Origin: a virus
DNA length: 33,786 bases
IMG/VR virus record: IMGVR_UViG_3300021400_000081
Location: 1 to 33,786 of that record
Reading direction: 5' to 3' (one strand)
In this document: in pieces, positions 10,475 through 17,768 of the stretch
Layout of the letters: every line of letters starts with the position of its first letter
Position numbering within the stretch: the first letter of the stretch is position 1
The notes under the pieces: model-generated
Database searches by the model: none
What the model was told of the DNA's origin: nothing
The model's input: the letters and a program-made list of their open reading frames with translations, nothing else
Program-made: the position numbers and the translations under genes

Positions 10475-10840
10475 ATGGAAATATGGATAGCATTAATAAG
10501 TGGACTTTGTGTAGCAATTCCAAACATTATAGCAACTATATCAAGTAATAGAAAAAACAACGTAGAAAAAGTCAAAGGAGAAATAAAAGATAGCATAAAG
10601 GACACTGAAAAGAATATTAAAGTTGATATTACAAAAGTAAGAAAGTCTTTAAATGATGAAACATTAAGTCGTTGTAAAGTTGATTTAATAAATGTTATGT
10701 CTAGGGTACAAAATGGGTATAGTCTAACTGAAGAAGAAAGAAGAATACTAATAGAAGAAAAGGAACAATATAATAAACTAGGTGGCAATTCATATGTAGA
10801 TGATATGTTTGATAGATTAAAGAAAGAAGGTAAATTATAA
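10475..10840 (+). CDS. Membrane-anchored coiled-coil protein of the lysis cassette (possibly BhlA/UviB-like holin accessory)
   Basis: One N-terminal TM helix (IWIALISGLCVAIPNIIATI) followed by a charged helical region. It sits immediately upstream of the holin. Confidence 0.45.
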   Translation: MEIWIALISGLCVAIPNIIATISSNRKNNVEKVKGEIKDSIKDTEKNIKVDITKVRKSLNDETLSRCKVDLINVMSRVQNGYSLTEEERRILIEEKEQYNKLGGNSYVDDMFDRLKKEGKL

Positions 10841-11130
10841 TGGATAACTTTTTAACATGGGAAGTTCTATTAACTTTTAGTGGGTTAGTAGGAACAGTAT
10901 ATATGGGTGTTGAGTTTACAAAAGAAATACCACTAATAAAAAAGATACCAACTAAGTATTGGAGTTGGATAATTGCTTTTGCTTTATTAATTGCAACAAA
11001 CGTAGTAATGAAAACCTTTCAATATCAAGACATAATTTTGCATGTGTTCAATGCAATAGCAGTTAGTTTAAGTGCAAACGGACTACATGATTTCAACAAA
11101 ACAAAAAAGATTGATAAGGAAGTAGGATAG
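10840..11130 (+). CDS. Holin
   Basis: 96 aa with three predicted TM segments and a charged C-terminus KTKKIDKEVG. The start overlaps the upstream stop (TAATG), and the gene lies upstream of the endolysin. Confidence 0.7.
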   Translation: MDNFLTWEVLLTFSGLVGTVYMGVEFTKEIPLIKKIPTKYWSWIIAFALLIATNVVMKTFQYQDIILHVFNAIAVSLSANGLHDFNKTKKIDKEVG

Positions 11131-11131
11131 T

Positions 11132-11269
11132 ATGGTAGGCGAAGGAATTAAATTTGAACGCATAAGAAGAATAACAGGTTATTTAGTAGGAACTCTAGAA
11201 AGGTTTAACAATGGTAAAAAAGCAGAAGAAAGAGATAGAGTTAAACATAAATTGGAAGGAGATAAATAA
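11132..11269 (+). CDS. Stand-alone 45-aa NrdD C-terminal-like glycyl-radical peptide (not in the ORF track)
   Basis: My translation is MVGEGIKFERIRRITGYLVGTLERFNNGKKAEERDRVKHKLEGDK. RRITGYL...FNNGKKxE..DRVKH matches the glycyl-radical C-terminus of class III ribonucleotide reductase NrdD as I recall it. An SD ggaagtagga lies upstream. Its stop abuts the endolysin ATG, and the endolysin SD lies inside it. Confidence 0.6.
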   Translation: MVGEGIKFERIRRITGYLVGTLERFNNGKKAEERDRVKHKLEGDK

Positions 11270-12013
11270 ATGACTTATCAAGAATTTAGAGATAAATATA
11301 ATGGACAATGGATAGACTGGGATGGAGCTTATGGTTGTCAATGTTGGGACTTAGCACAAAAGTATTGTACTGAAGCGTTAGGAATACCAAGTTGGGTGTT
11401 AAGTGGATGTGGAGTTGCTAAAAATTTATTGATTCAACCAAAAAGAAATGATCTAGATACATACTTTGATGAAATCTCAATTTATGAAATGATACCTGGA
11501 GATTTATGTATTTGGTGGAACGATAATACTGCTGGTCATATAGCCATTTATGATAGATGGGATGATAAAGGCAATTGCAACTGGTTCTTTAGTCAAAACC
11601 CAGGAGCAAGTAAAGTACAAAGATGTGAAGGCATTGGTACTCTACACGCATTTAGATTAAAGAAAAAAGAAGAACCTACACCAAAACCAGAAATAACTCC
11701 AAACGTAGAGAGAGATGAATATAAAAATCAAATAGAAGTTAAGGTAGAAAAATTAAGAGTAAGAGCAACACCAAGTCTTAATGGAGATATTTTAGGAACT
11801 GCTAAAGAAGGAATATATGATTATTATGAAATAGTAGATGCCGAAGGTTATAATTGGTATCGTATAGCTAATAACCAATGGGTTGCATATAATCAAGAGT
11901 GGTTCGACATTTATCCTGCTAAACCTAAAGAAGAATTCAAACAATTTAAGGTACTAGACAAAAAAGATGGTTATGTTCTAGTAGATTTAGGTAAAGTATG
12001 GGTTGCCGAATAA
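11270..12013 (+). CDS. Endolysin, CHAP domain + SH3b-like cell-wall-binding domain
   Basis: The N-terminal CHAP domain shows GAYGCQCWDL (catalytic Cys) and GHIAIY (His). A KKKEEPTPKPE linker follows. The C-terminal SH3b-like region reads LRVRATPSLNGDILG...GYNWYRI. Confidence 0.85.
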   Translation: MTYQEFRDKYNGQWIDWDGAYGCQCWDLAQKYCTEALGIPSWVLSGCGVAKNLLIQPKRNDLDTYFDEISIYEMIPGDLCIWWNDNTAGHIAIYDRWDDKGNCNWFFSQNPGASKVQRCEGIGTLHAFRLKKKEEPTPKPEITPNVERDEYKNQIEVKVEKLRVRATPSLNGDILGTAKEGIYDYYEIVDAEGYNWYRIANNQWVAYNQEWFDIYPAKPKEEFKQFKVLDKKDGYVLVDLGKVWVAE

Positions 12014-12020
12014 ACTAAAT

Positions 12021-12050
12021 AAAAGGACTATTTAAGTCCTTTTTCTTTTT
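12021..12050 (+). terminator. Intrinsic terminator of the late operon
   Basis: Stem aaaggact (12022-12029) pairs with agtccttt (12035-12042), with loop attta, followed by ttctttttgg. Confidence 0.75.
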
Positions 12051-12104
12051 GGAGTATAATTATACCTTTTTCAAACAAAAGTTCGTTAGAACCCATTTAA
12101 GACA

Positions 12105-12129
12105 CTAAAAAAGACTATATTCTAGTCTT
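12105..12129 (-). terminator. Intrinsic terminator of the leftward early operon
   Basis: Stem aagacta (12111-12117) pairs with tagtctt (12123-12129). On the - strand it is followed by a U run (plus-strand aaaa 12107-12110). It overlaps the stop codon of the last early gene. Confidence 0.5.
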
Positions 12130-12394
12130 TCTTTGTTAAAAACCTTTGAATTTGTCTAGGAGAATAACTCATAAGTCTTGCAACTTCTTCTATTGTTCTC
12201 TCTCTACCAAATTCTTTTATAAACTCACTATCGTGTTTTAATTCCCAGGCTTTTGATTCTGGAGAAGCTATTTTTTTCAAACGATCATTTTCATCTAGTA
12301 TAAAAGTTTGCAAAGCACGTTTCTTTTTCATAAGTAAAGTAAGGTTGTTATTAACTTCTCTTAATTCTTCTTTTGCTTTTTCTAAATCAACCAT
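12122..12394 (-). CDS. Small coiled-coil + C-terminal HTH DNA-binding protein (sigma-70 region-4-like); candidate regulator
   Basis: 90 aa. The C-terminus RTIEEVARLMSYSPRQIQRFL is a typical HTH. It is the last gene of the early operon, with SD aaaggag. Confidence 0.5.
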   Translation of the reverse strand: MVDLEKAKEELREVNNNLTLLMKKKRALQTFILDENDRLKKIASPESKAWELKHDSEFIKEFGRERTIEEVARLMSYSPRQIQRFLTKKD

Positions 12395-12415
12395 ATTCTC
12401 CTTTCTATATTCAAC

Positions 12416-12478
12416 CTACTCATCCCCACCTACTATTAATAAACACCAGATTATGAATATTAATAAAATAATTGCCAT
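12416..12478 (-). CDS. Possible 20-aa hydrophobic peptide
   Basis: My translation is MAIILLIFIIWCLLIVGGDE. The SD is weak or poorly spaced. It fills part of an otherwise empty 210-nt gap in a tightly packed operon. Confidence 0.2.
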   Translation of the reverse strand: MAIILLIFIIWCLLIVGGDE

Positions 12479-12495
12479 AATTCCTATTATAGTTC

Positions 12496-12603
12496 CTATT
12501 TATCATCATCTTCTTTCTTAATAAATTTAACGTAAACATATGCAGTAATAGGACAAGTTATATATCCTAGTACAAATATAATAAATTCCTTTGGTATATA
12601 CAT
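12496..12603 (-). CDS. 35-aa single-TM membrane peptide (not in the ORF track)
   Basis: My translation is MYIPKEFIIFVLGYITCPITAYVYVKFIKKEDDDK. A strong SD aaggag lies 8 nt upstream, embedded in the end of the preceding gene. Confidence 0.5.
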   Translation of the reverse strand: MYIPKEFIIFVLGYITCPITAYVYVKFIKKEDDDK

Positions 12604-12604
12604 A

Positions 12605-12916
12605 TTATTTCTCCTTATTTATATAATCTATTATTTCATTGACTTTACCTACTATATATAATTCATTTTCAGTAAAAGTATGTCTTGGCTCTCCATATAA
12701 TTTTTCTATCTTCTTATCTTCTCCTATTATTTCTACTTCATCACCTAATGCAATATCTAATCTTACATCTTCTCCAAGTCCATAATCTTCTACTCCAAAA
12801 TGTCTTTGGTATTCTCTTTCTTCTTCATTGAATTCATATTCAAGATAGTTAAATTTTATCTTCTTTGGCACTTCTTCTTCATTTGCTATTTTATTTAATA
12901 AATCTATTATTTTCAT
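12605..12916 (-). CDS. Hypothetical small acidic protein
   Basis: 103 aa, very E/D-rich, in the co-directional early operon. No motif recognised. Confidence 0.6.
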   Translation of the reverse strand: MKIIDLLNKIANEEEVPKKIKFNYLEYEFNEEEREYQRHFGVEDYGLGEDVRLDIALGDEVEIIGEDKKIEKLYGEPRHTFTENELYIVGKVNEIIDYINKEK

Positions 12917-12925
12917 ATTACTCTC

Positions 12926-13186
12926 CTAATCAAATATTGTTTTACCTATATATTCAACACTAAACTCATTTGCAAAATACATATCAACAACTGTAATAAC
13001 ATCATCAGTTTCTATCTTGCAGTATTCTTTAAAACTTTTAATGTGTTCTAAATAATTTTTTCTATCTCCTCTAACTCTTACTGACTTTAATTCTCCATCT
13101 TCGTATCTTAAATCAATTACTTTTAAACCATCAAATTTAATATTATAATCTTTGCTATAATCTCTTACCATTGTTATATCTATCAT
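12926..13186 (-). CDS. Hypothetical protein
   Basis: 86 aa. A 4-nt overlap with the upstream gene suggests translational coupling. Confidence 0.6.
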   Translation of the reverse strand: MIDITMVRDYSKDYNIKFDGLKVIDLRYEDGELKSVRVRGDRKNYLEHIKSFKEYCKIETDDVITVVDMYFANEFSVEYIGKTIFD

Positions 13187-13521
13187 TCTTTATTCTCCTT
13201 ATCTAATATTTCTAAAAGTTCTTTTACTTGTTTTGAAGTTAATTTATCTATTCTATAATCACTTCTTGATAAATCTATTCTTCCATCATCTTCAACATAA
13301 GCCATAGTAAATTTAATTGATTTACTCCTTATATAATCTTTTGCTTCTTTTATGATAGAGTGTAGTCTTTCTATTTCTTTATCTTTATCTACTAATTCCA
13401 ATTCTAATTCAAATCTTTCAGTATTTGTTTTGCCTATGTTTTCTTGTATCAATTCTTTATTTTCTACCCATAATTTATTGTAAAATTCTTCTGCTTCTTC
13501 TTTTGTTAGTTCTTTATTCAC
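13183..13521 (-). CDS. Hypothetical coiled-coil protein, KEIERL-motif family member
   Basis: 112 aa. A GTG start overlaps the upstream TGA (GTGA). It contains DKEIERLHSIIKEA. Confidence 0.6.
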   Translation of the reverse strand: MNKELTKEEAEEFYNKLWVENKELIQENIGKTNTERFELELELVDKDKEIERLHSIIKEAKDYIRSKSIKFTMAYVEDDGRIDLSRSDYRIDKLTSKQVKELLEILDKENKE

Positions 13522-13679
13522 TCTTTATCACTTCCTAAAAAGTTCCAATATGGTTTTCCCATTGCTTTATCAATAATTGCAGTTATTTCGTCAAAATGTT
13601 TATTAGACCACATTACCAATAACCATATTGCTAACCTATATCTCATATCTAAATCTTCTATTTTTTCTTTATCACTCAC
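13518..13679 (-). CDS. 53-aa hypothetical protein ending in GSDKE (not in the ORF track)
   Basis: My translation, starting at a GTG read as Met, is MSDKEKIEDLDMRYRLAIWLLVMWSNKHFDEITAIIDKAMGKPYWNFLGSDKE. It uses the same GTGA stop/start coupling at both ends as its neighbours and fills the only gap in the array. Confidence 0.5.
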   Translation of the reverse strand: MSDKEKIEDLDMRYRLAIWLLVMWSNKHFDEITAIIDKAMGKPYWNFLGSDKE

Positions 13680-13912
13680 TCTTTATCACTATCCTTTAAT
13701 TCTTGTAATTTACTTTTTGTTCTATTTATTTGCCCCATAATAACACCTGCCATACTTCCAGGAAAAATATGTTTATCTGCATATTGGTATTCTTCATCTA
13801 ACCATTTTTCTAATTCATTTATGATATTATTTAGTCTTTCTATTTCTTTGTCTTTTTCTTGTAATATTTTTAATGTTTTTCCACTTGTTCTAGTTCCATA
13901 GCAAACATTCAT
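13676..13912 (-). CDS. Hypothetical protein, KEIERLNNIINELEK family
   Basis: 78 aa. Contains DKEIERLNNIINELEK and a C-terminal LKDSDKE. Confidence 0.65.
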   Translation of the reverse strand: MNVCYGTRTSGKTLKILQEKDKEIERLNNIINELEKWLDEEYQYADKHIFPGSMAGVIMGQINRTKSKLQELKDSDKE

Positions 13913-14310
13913 TATTTATCACTATCCTTTAATAATAATTCTAAAGCACCATTTATAATTGCTTTTGTATGATTATCTTTTTCTTGTTTTAGCATTTCTT
14001 CTAACCACCAATTTGCTTTATTTAATTTATCTTCTGTTATTGATAAATCTGCTCCTAATTCTCCATTTTGTTTATCTAATTCATTTATTATATTATTTAG
14101 TCTTTCTATTTCTTGTTCTTTTTCTTTTATTATAGTTTTTAAATTTCTAACATAATAATTTTCATCACTTTTTAATTCATCGTTTAGTCTTTCTATTTCT
14201 TTATCTTTTCTTTGATTTCTTCTTTGTTCGTATTCCACTCTATTTGTTAGTTCTTCTATTTGAACTTGATATGTTTTATCGTTTTCTTTTATATATTCCA
14301 TTGTTAGCAT
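13912..14310 (-). CDS. Hypothetical coiled-coil protein with two KEIERLN motifs
   Basis: 132 aa. Contains DKEIERLNDEL and QEIERLNNIINELDK, with a C-terminal LKDSDK. Confidence 0.65.
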   Translation of the reverse strand: MLTMEYIKENDKTYQVQIEELTNRVEYEQRRNQRKDKEIERLNDELKSDENYYVRNLKTIIKEKEQEIERLNNIINELDKQNGELGADLSITEDKLNKANWWLEEMLKQEKDNHTKAIINGALELLLKDSDK

Positions 14311-14313
14311 TTT

Positions 14314-14556
14314 TTACTCCATTCTTTGCTCTAATACTTCGATATATGAAGAAAGCAAACTTTTTACCATTATTAAAGGTTTGTTTTCAATAAAATCATT
14401 AAGCATATTAGTAAATAAAGGCTTTTCAATATTTTCTTCAAATGTTTTTTGATGATATTCACTTAACGCATTTTTTGCATTGTTATATTCATTTGATTTT
14501 ATTCCAAAGTCTCTTTCTGCTAATACACAATTTCTTATTAATGCTTTTTCTATCAC
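14314..14556 (-). CDS. Hypothetical protein
   Basis: 80 aa. A GTG start overlaps the upstream TGA. Confidence 0.55.
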   Translation of the reverse strand: MIEKALIRNCVLAERDFGIKSNEYNNAKNALSEYHQKTFEENIEKPLFTNMLNDFIENKPLIMVKSLLSSYIEVLEQRME

Positions 14557-14798
14557 TCTTTATCACTTCCTTTTAGTTCTTTAATTTTATCTAAAAACTC
14601 TTCTCTGCATAACCACGCTTCTTCTTTATATTGCCAAGTATCATCTCCTGAATTGTCAACCCACATATTTTCAATTCCTTTTTCCAACTCATTTATGATA
14701 TTATTTAGTCTTTCTATTTCTTTATGTAAGTCTAATATTGTTTGTATTGCTAACTTACTATCTCCTTCTTCATATTCTGCTATGTTTGAATAGATCAC
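14553..14798 (-). CDS. Hypothetical protein, KEIERLNNIINELEK family
   Basis: 81 aa. Contains HKEIERLNNIINELEK and a C-terminal LKGSDKE. The start is a GTG in a GTGA overlap. Confidence 0.65.
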   Translation of the reverse strand: MIYSNIAEYEEGDSKLAIQTILDLHKEIERLNNIINELEKGIENMWVDNSGDDTWQYKEEAWLCREEFLDKIKELKGSDKE

Positions 14799-15025
14799 TT
14801 TTTATCATCTCCATATATTTTTTCATATAAAGCTAAATTAATTATTTTTAGTTCTCTTATTTTTCTATCTTTTATTTTCATATCTTCTTCTAATATTCTT
14901 ATTCTTTTTGCAAATTCTCTTGACTGATAATAATATACTAAATTGTCATCTTCTAGTTTTTTCTTTTCTTTTAGTAAATTACTATACATATCTTTTAAAT
15001 CAGCATAATCTGGAAATCTTTTCAT
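14795..15025 (-). CDS. Hypothetical coiled-coil protein
   Basis: 76 aa with a C-terminal GDDKK variant of the junction cassette. Confidence 0.55.
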   Translation of the reverse strand: MKRFPDYADLKDMYSNLLKEKKKLEDDNLVYYYQSREFAKRIRILEEDMKIKDRKIRELKIINLALYEKIYGDDKK

Positions 15026-15127
15026 ATTTACTCCTTTAAGAATTCTATTTCATATCCTTCTAGTTTCTTTTTGATAGCAATTACCACTATCTTTATTATG
15101 TTCCCCTGATATATTTCTTTCTTATTT

Positions 15128-15580
15128 TCAGTTCTTGCTATTAAAATCATTTATTAATTGTTCTATCTCTATATCTTCTAGTGTAGGTATTCCTAGTTGT
15201 TTAGCTTCTTCTACTATTCCATCTATAAAGATAGACATCTCCTTTGTATTAAATTCACTACTACCCTTAAATAACTTATAGTGTATAAACTCTTTTCCTT
15301 TGACTATTCCTGTACCAAACTTTTCATAGTATTTAAAGTACCCATCTGGACTAATAGAAGAAAGCATACTTACTATTTCACTTTGTCCATAATCTTTTAG
15401 CATTTGTAAATACACTTCTTCTTTAGACTTTCTTACTACATTTCCTATTTCAGTAATTAACTTCCAAGCATAAGCATTAGCATTTAGACTACGTTTTTGT
15501 TTGTACTCTTTTATTTCATATTCTTTGTCTTTATCTAGTTGCCATAAATATTGTGATAATTTTTCAGGAGTTCCTATCAT
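15128..15580 (-). CDS. NinB/Orf-family recombination mediator-like protein
   Basis: KRSLNANAYAWKLITEIGN and GSSEFNTKEMSIFIDGIVEEAKQLGIPT parallel the lambda NinB motifs RSLDQNRKLW and GQSTSRMRVGEFAELLE as I recall them. It lies next to ssb and erf. Confidence 0.55.
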   Translation of the reverse strand: MIGTPEKLSQYLWQLDKDKEYEIKEYKQKRSLNANAYAWKLITEIGNVVRKSKEEVYLQMLKDYGQSEIVSMLSSISPDGYFKYYEKFGTGIVKGKEFIHYKLFKGSSEFNTKEMSIFIDGIVEEAKQLGIPTLEDIEIEQLINDFNSKN

Positions 15581-15772
15581 TTAATCACTTCCAATTTTTA
15601 TTAATACCTTTCTATTTGTATCATCTTTTCCTTTTCTTTTATATGCTGGTGTACTAAAGTATCGTACTGTTCTAGGTGCTACTTTTAATCTTTTTGCTAT
15701 TTCTTCAATAGTACCTAAATCAATAAATTCATCTCCTTTATACAAAGCATATTCTTGTTTCTTTCTTCCCAT
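15581..15772 (-). CDS. Small HTH DNA-binding protein
   Basis: 63 aa. TIEEIAKRLKVAPRTVRYF is an HTH. It could be an excisionase-like or regulatory protein. Confidence 0.5.
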   Translation of the reverse strand: MGRKKQEYALYKGDEFIDLGTIEEIAKRLKVAPRTVRYFSTPAYKRKGKDDTNRKVLIKIGSD

Positions 15773-16185
15773 TAAAAAGGCATTTCTCCTTCTTCATCTA
15801 TTTGTACTTGATGTCCTACTTCAAATTGTTGTCCAAATTCTTCAAATGGGTTCTTTGGTGCTTCAGTTGGTTTCTCTTGGACTTTTTCTACAGGTGATAG
15901 GTATTCTACTTGATTTACTATTACATAGGTTTTATAGTGGGTTTTACCATTAAATTTGTATGATTCAGTTCTTATTTCTCCAGATACTCCTATTAGACTA
16001 CCTTTACCCTGATACTCTACTAGGTTTTGTGCCTGTTTATCCCATACTTGACAAGTAATAAAATCAGCTTCTTTACCACCTACTCTATTTGTTGCTATTG
16101 TAAACTCACAAACTGCTTTTCCTGTCTTTGTATGTCTTAATTCTAGGTCTTTAGTGATTCTTCCAATTAAATTTGCTCGATTCAT
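15772..16185 (-). CDS. ssb: Single-stranded DNA-binding protein
   Basis: Has an OB-fold N-terminus MNRANLIGRITKDLELRHTKTGKAVCEFTIATNR, the motif DFITCQVWDKQAQN, and an acidic C-terminal tip EEGEMPF. Confidence 0.9.
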   Translation of the reverse strand: MNRANLIGRITKDLELRHTKTGKAVCEFTIATNRVGGKEADFITCQVWDKQAQNLVEYQGKGSLIGVSGEIRTESYKFNGKTHYKTYVIVNQVEYLSPVEKVQEKPTEAPKNPFEEFGQQFEVGHQVQIDEEGEMPF

Positions 16186-16469
16186 TAAATCATCTCCAAT
16201 ACTCTTTTTAATTCTTCATTTGCTTTACTAGGGAAGTATGTATTTATACACTCATCATCTTCTGCATAATTTAAAATGCTCATTACATAACTTACATATC
16301 CTATCGGTATATTTGATACCATTAATTTATCTTTTAGATATTCGACTACTACCTTATATGTCCTTAAATTATCTAATCTCTTAATAGTTTCTTCTTGTTC
16401 TTTAATAATAAAATTTTGTTCGTGTACTTTATCTTTTAATTCATCTATAAATGTAGTTGCATCTTTCAT
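16185..16469 (-). CDS. Hypothetical protein
   Basis: 94 aa. The start overlaps the upstream gene. No motif recognised. Confidence 0.55.
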   Translation of the reverse strand: MKDATTFIDELKDKVHEQNFIIKEQEETIKRLDNLRTYKVVVEYLKDKLMVSNIPIGYVSYVMSILNYAEDDECINTYFPSKANEELKRVLEMI

Positions 16470-17155
16470 TTTTGCACCTTCTTTAAATTATTGATACACT
16501 CTACTAGTTGCTTATTAGTTAGTTGGTTTAGTGATTCAACTTTTAATCTTTTTAAAACATCATCGTGATCTATATCTAATTTGTTTTCTAGTTCATTTAT
16601 TTCGTGTAGTAATGCTATTCTTTCATCTTGTTCTTGTTCAGTAGGTAATTTCTTACCTGTTAGTAATTCATAGCATTTCTTATCGTATTCATTTGCTTTA
16701 TTATCGATATACCATTTAACGTACTTTTCATCATCTTGTAAGACATCTAACATTTTCTTATTTGCATATTTACCAAAACTAAATGTCCAATTAACTGCAT
16801 CATCTTGAGTAGCTTCTTTCTTTTGTGTAAATGTTGCTCCATCATCATCTTCAGTTGCTAGTCCTAATGCCATTAATAATGAGTATCTACGACAATAAGT
16901 TAGACTAGAACCATATTCTTGTACTGGGTTTTTAATTCCCTGTAATACTGCTTCTACTATTTGACATCCCCTATGTTTTGTTATCGTACCGTTTCTATCA
17001 ACGTATGTAATAATGTAATCTCTTTGATTAATCTCACTTGTTTCTATTTCTTGCCAGTATCTAATTCCATTTTCTTCACAATATTTATTTATATCTGCTA
17101 ATTCAGTATATTTATATCCATATCCTTCAGTTTTTTTTGCTATAGTGCTTTTCAT
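16466..17155 (-). CDS. erf: Erf-family single-strand annealing recombinase
   Basis: GYGYKYTELADI and GSSLTYCRRYSLLMALGLATEDDDG are typical Erf/SSAP motifs. It is adjacent to ssb. Confidence 0.65.
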   Translation of the reverse strand: MKSTIAKKTEGYGYKYTELADINKYCEENGIRYWQEIETSEINQRDYIITYVDRNGTITKHRGCQIVEAVLQGIKNPVQEYGSSLTYCRRYSLLMALGLATEDDDGATFTQKKEATQDDAVNWTFSFGKYANKKMLDVLQDDEKYVKWYIDNKANEYDKKCYELLTGKKLPTEQEQDERIALLHEINELENKLDIDHDDVLKRLKVESLNQLTNKQLVECINNLKKVQK

Positions 17156-17159
17156 ATTC

Positions 17160-17363
17160 TCACTCTCTTTCTAATCTATAATTTTTATATTTCTTTTTAT
17201 TAGGTAATCGTACCCAAGTATCACTTATCTTGTACCCTTCTTTTCTTAATTCGTATATGTAATGTTGTAAGTCAGTTATGTAGTATTCTTGAAAACATAT
17301 TAAATCGTTTATAAATTCGTATCTTTCTAGGTGTTCCAGAATAATTGCTTTTTGTGTTTTCAT
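17160..17363 (-). CDS. Small winged-helix DNA-binding protein
   Basis: 67 aa. LQHYIYELRKEGYKI resembles the HTH_39-type recognition region. Confidence 0.4.
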   Translation of the reverse strand: MKTQKAIILEHLERYEFINDLICFQEYYITDLQHYIYELRKEGYKISDTWVRLPNKKKYKNYRLERE

Positions 17364-17365
17364 CT

Positions 17366-17593
17366 TTACCCCCTATGCAATGCCTTTCTTAATAATCTAA
17401 AAGCATAATTTGTTTGTTTTGGTTTATTTACCATTAGCTTCTCTTTTTCTTCTAAACACTCTTGATATGTTCCTTTAAATACTTGTCTTGATCCATATCC
17501 TGTTAGTGATTTGCTTTCGTGCCATAAGATATGTGTTTTATTTTCTTCTGGTTCTCTACTTTTTCTTATTACTAACTTATCCATTAATTTCAT
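17366..17593 (-). CDS. Hypothetical protein
   Basis: 75 aa, in the early operon. Confidence 0.5.
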   Translation of the reverse strand: MKLMDKLVIRKSREPEENKTHILWHESKSLTGYGSRQVFKGTYQECLEEKEKLMVNKPKQTNYAFRLLRKALHRG

Positions 17594-17768
17594 AATCTAA
17601 CTCCTTAATTAATTCTTTTATCTTTTCTACTTTTTCTTTATTCTCTAATACTGGATGATTTACTATGCTCTTTATTAGCTTTATACAAGTTGAGTAATAT
17701 TCTTGGTGTTCTAATTCGTAATCTATACTCCAGTCTTTACTAAATTCTTCTCTAATCTTTTCTTCCAT
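17577..17768 (-). CDS. Hypothetical protein
   Basis: 63 aa. Overlaps both neighbours. Confidence 0.5.
   Translation of the reverse strand: MEEKIREEFSKDWSIDYELEHQEYYSTCIKLIKSIVNHPVLENKEKVEKIKELIKELDYEING

Noticed and set aside
10366-10788. 140-aa and 63-aa antisense ORFs (10366..10788, 10332..10523) across the metallophosphoesterase/holin-accessory junction
   Set aside because: They are antisense to well-supported genes, low-complexity and S/F/L-rich, and have no SD.
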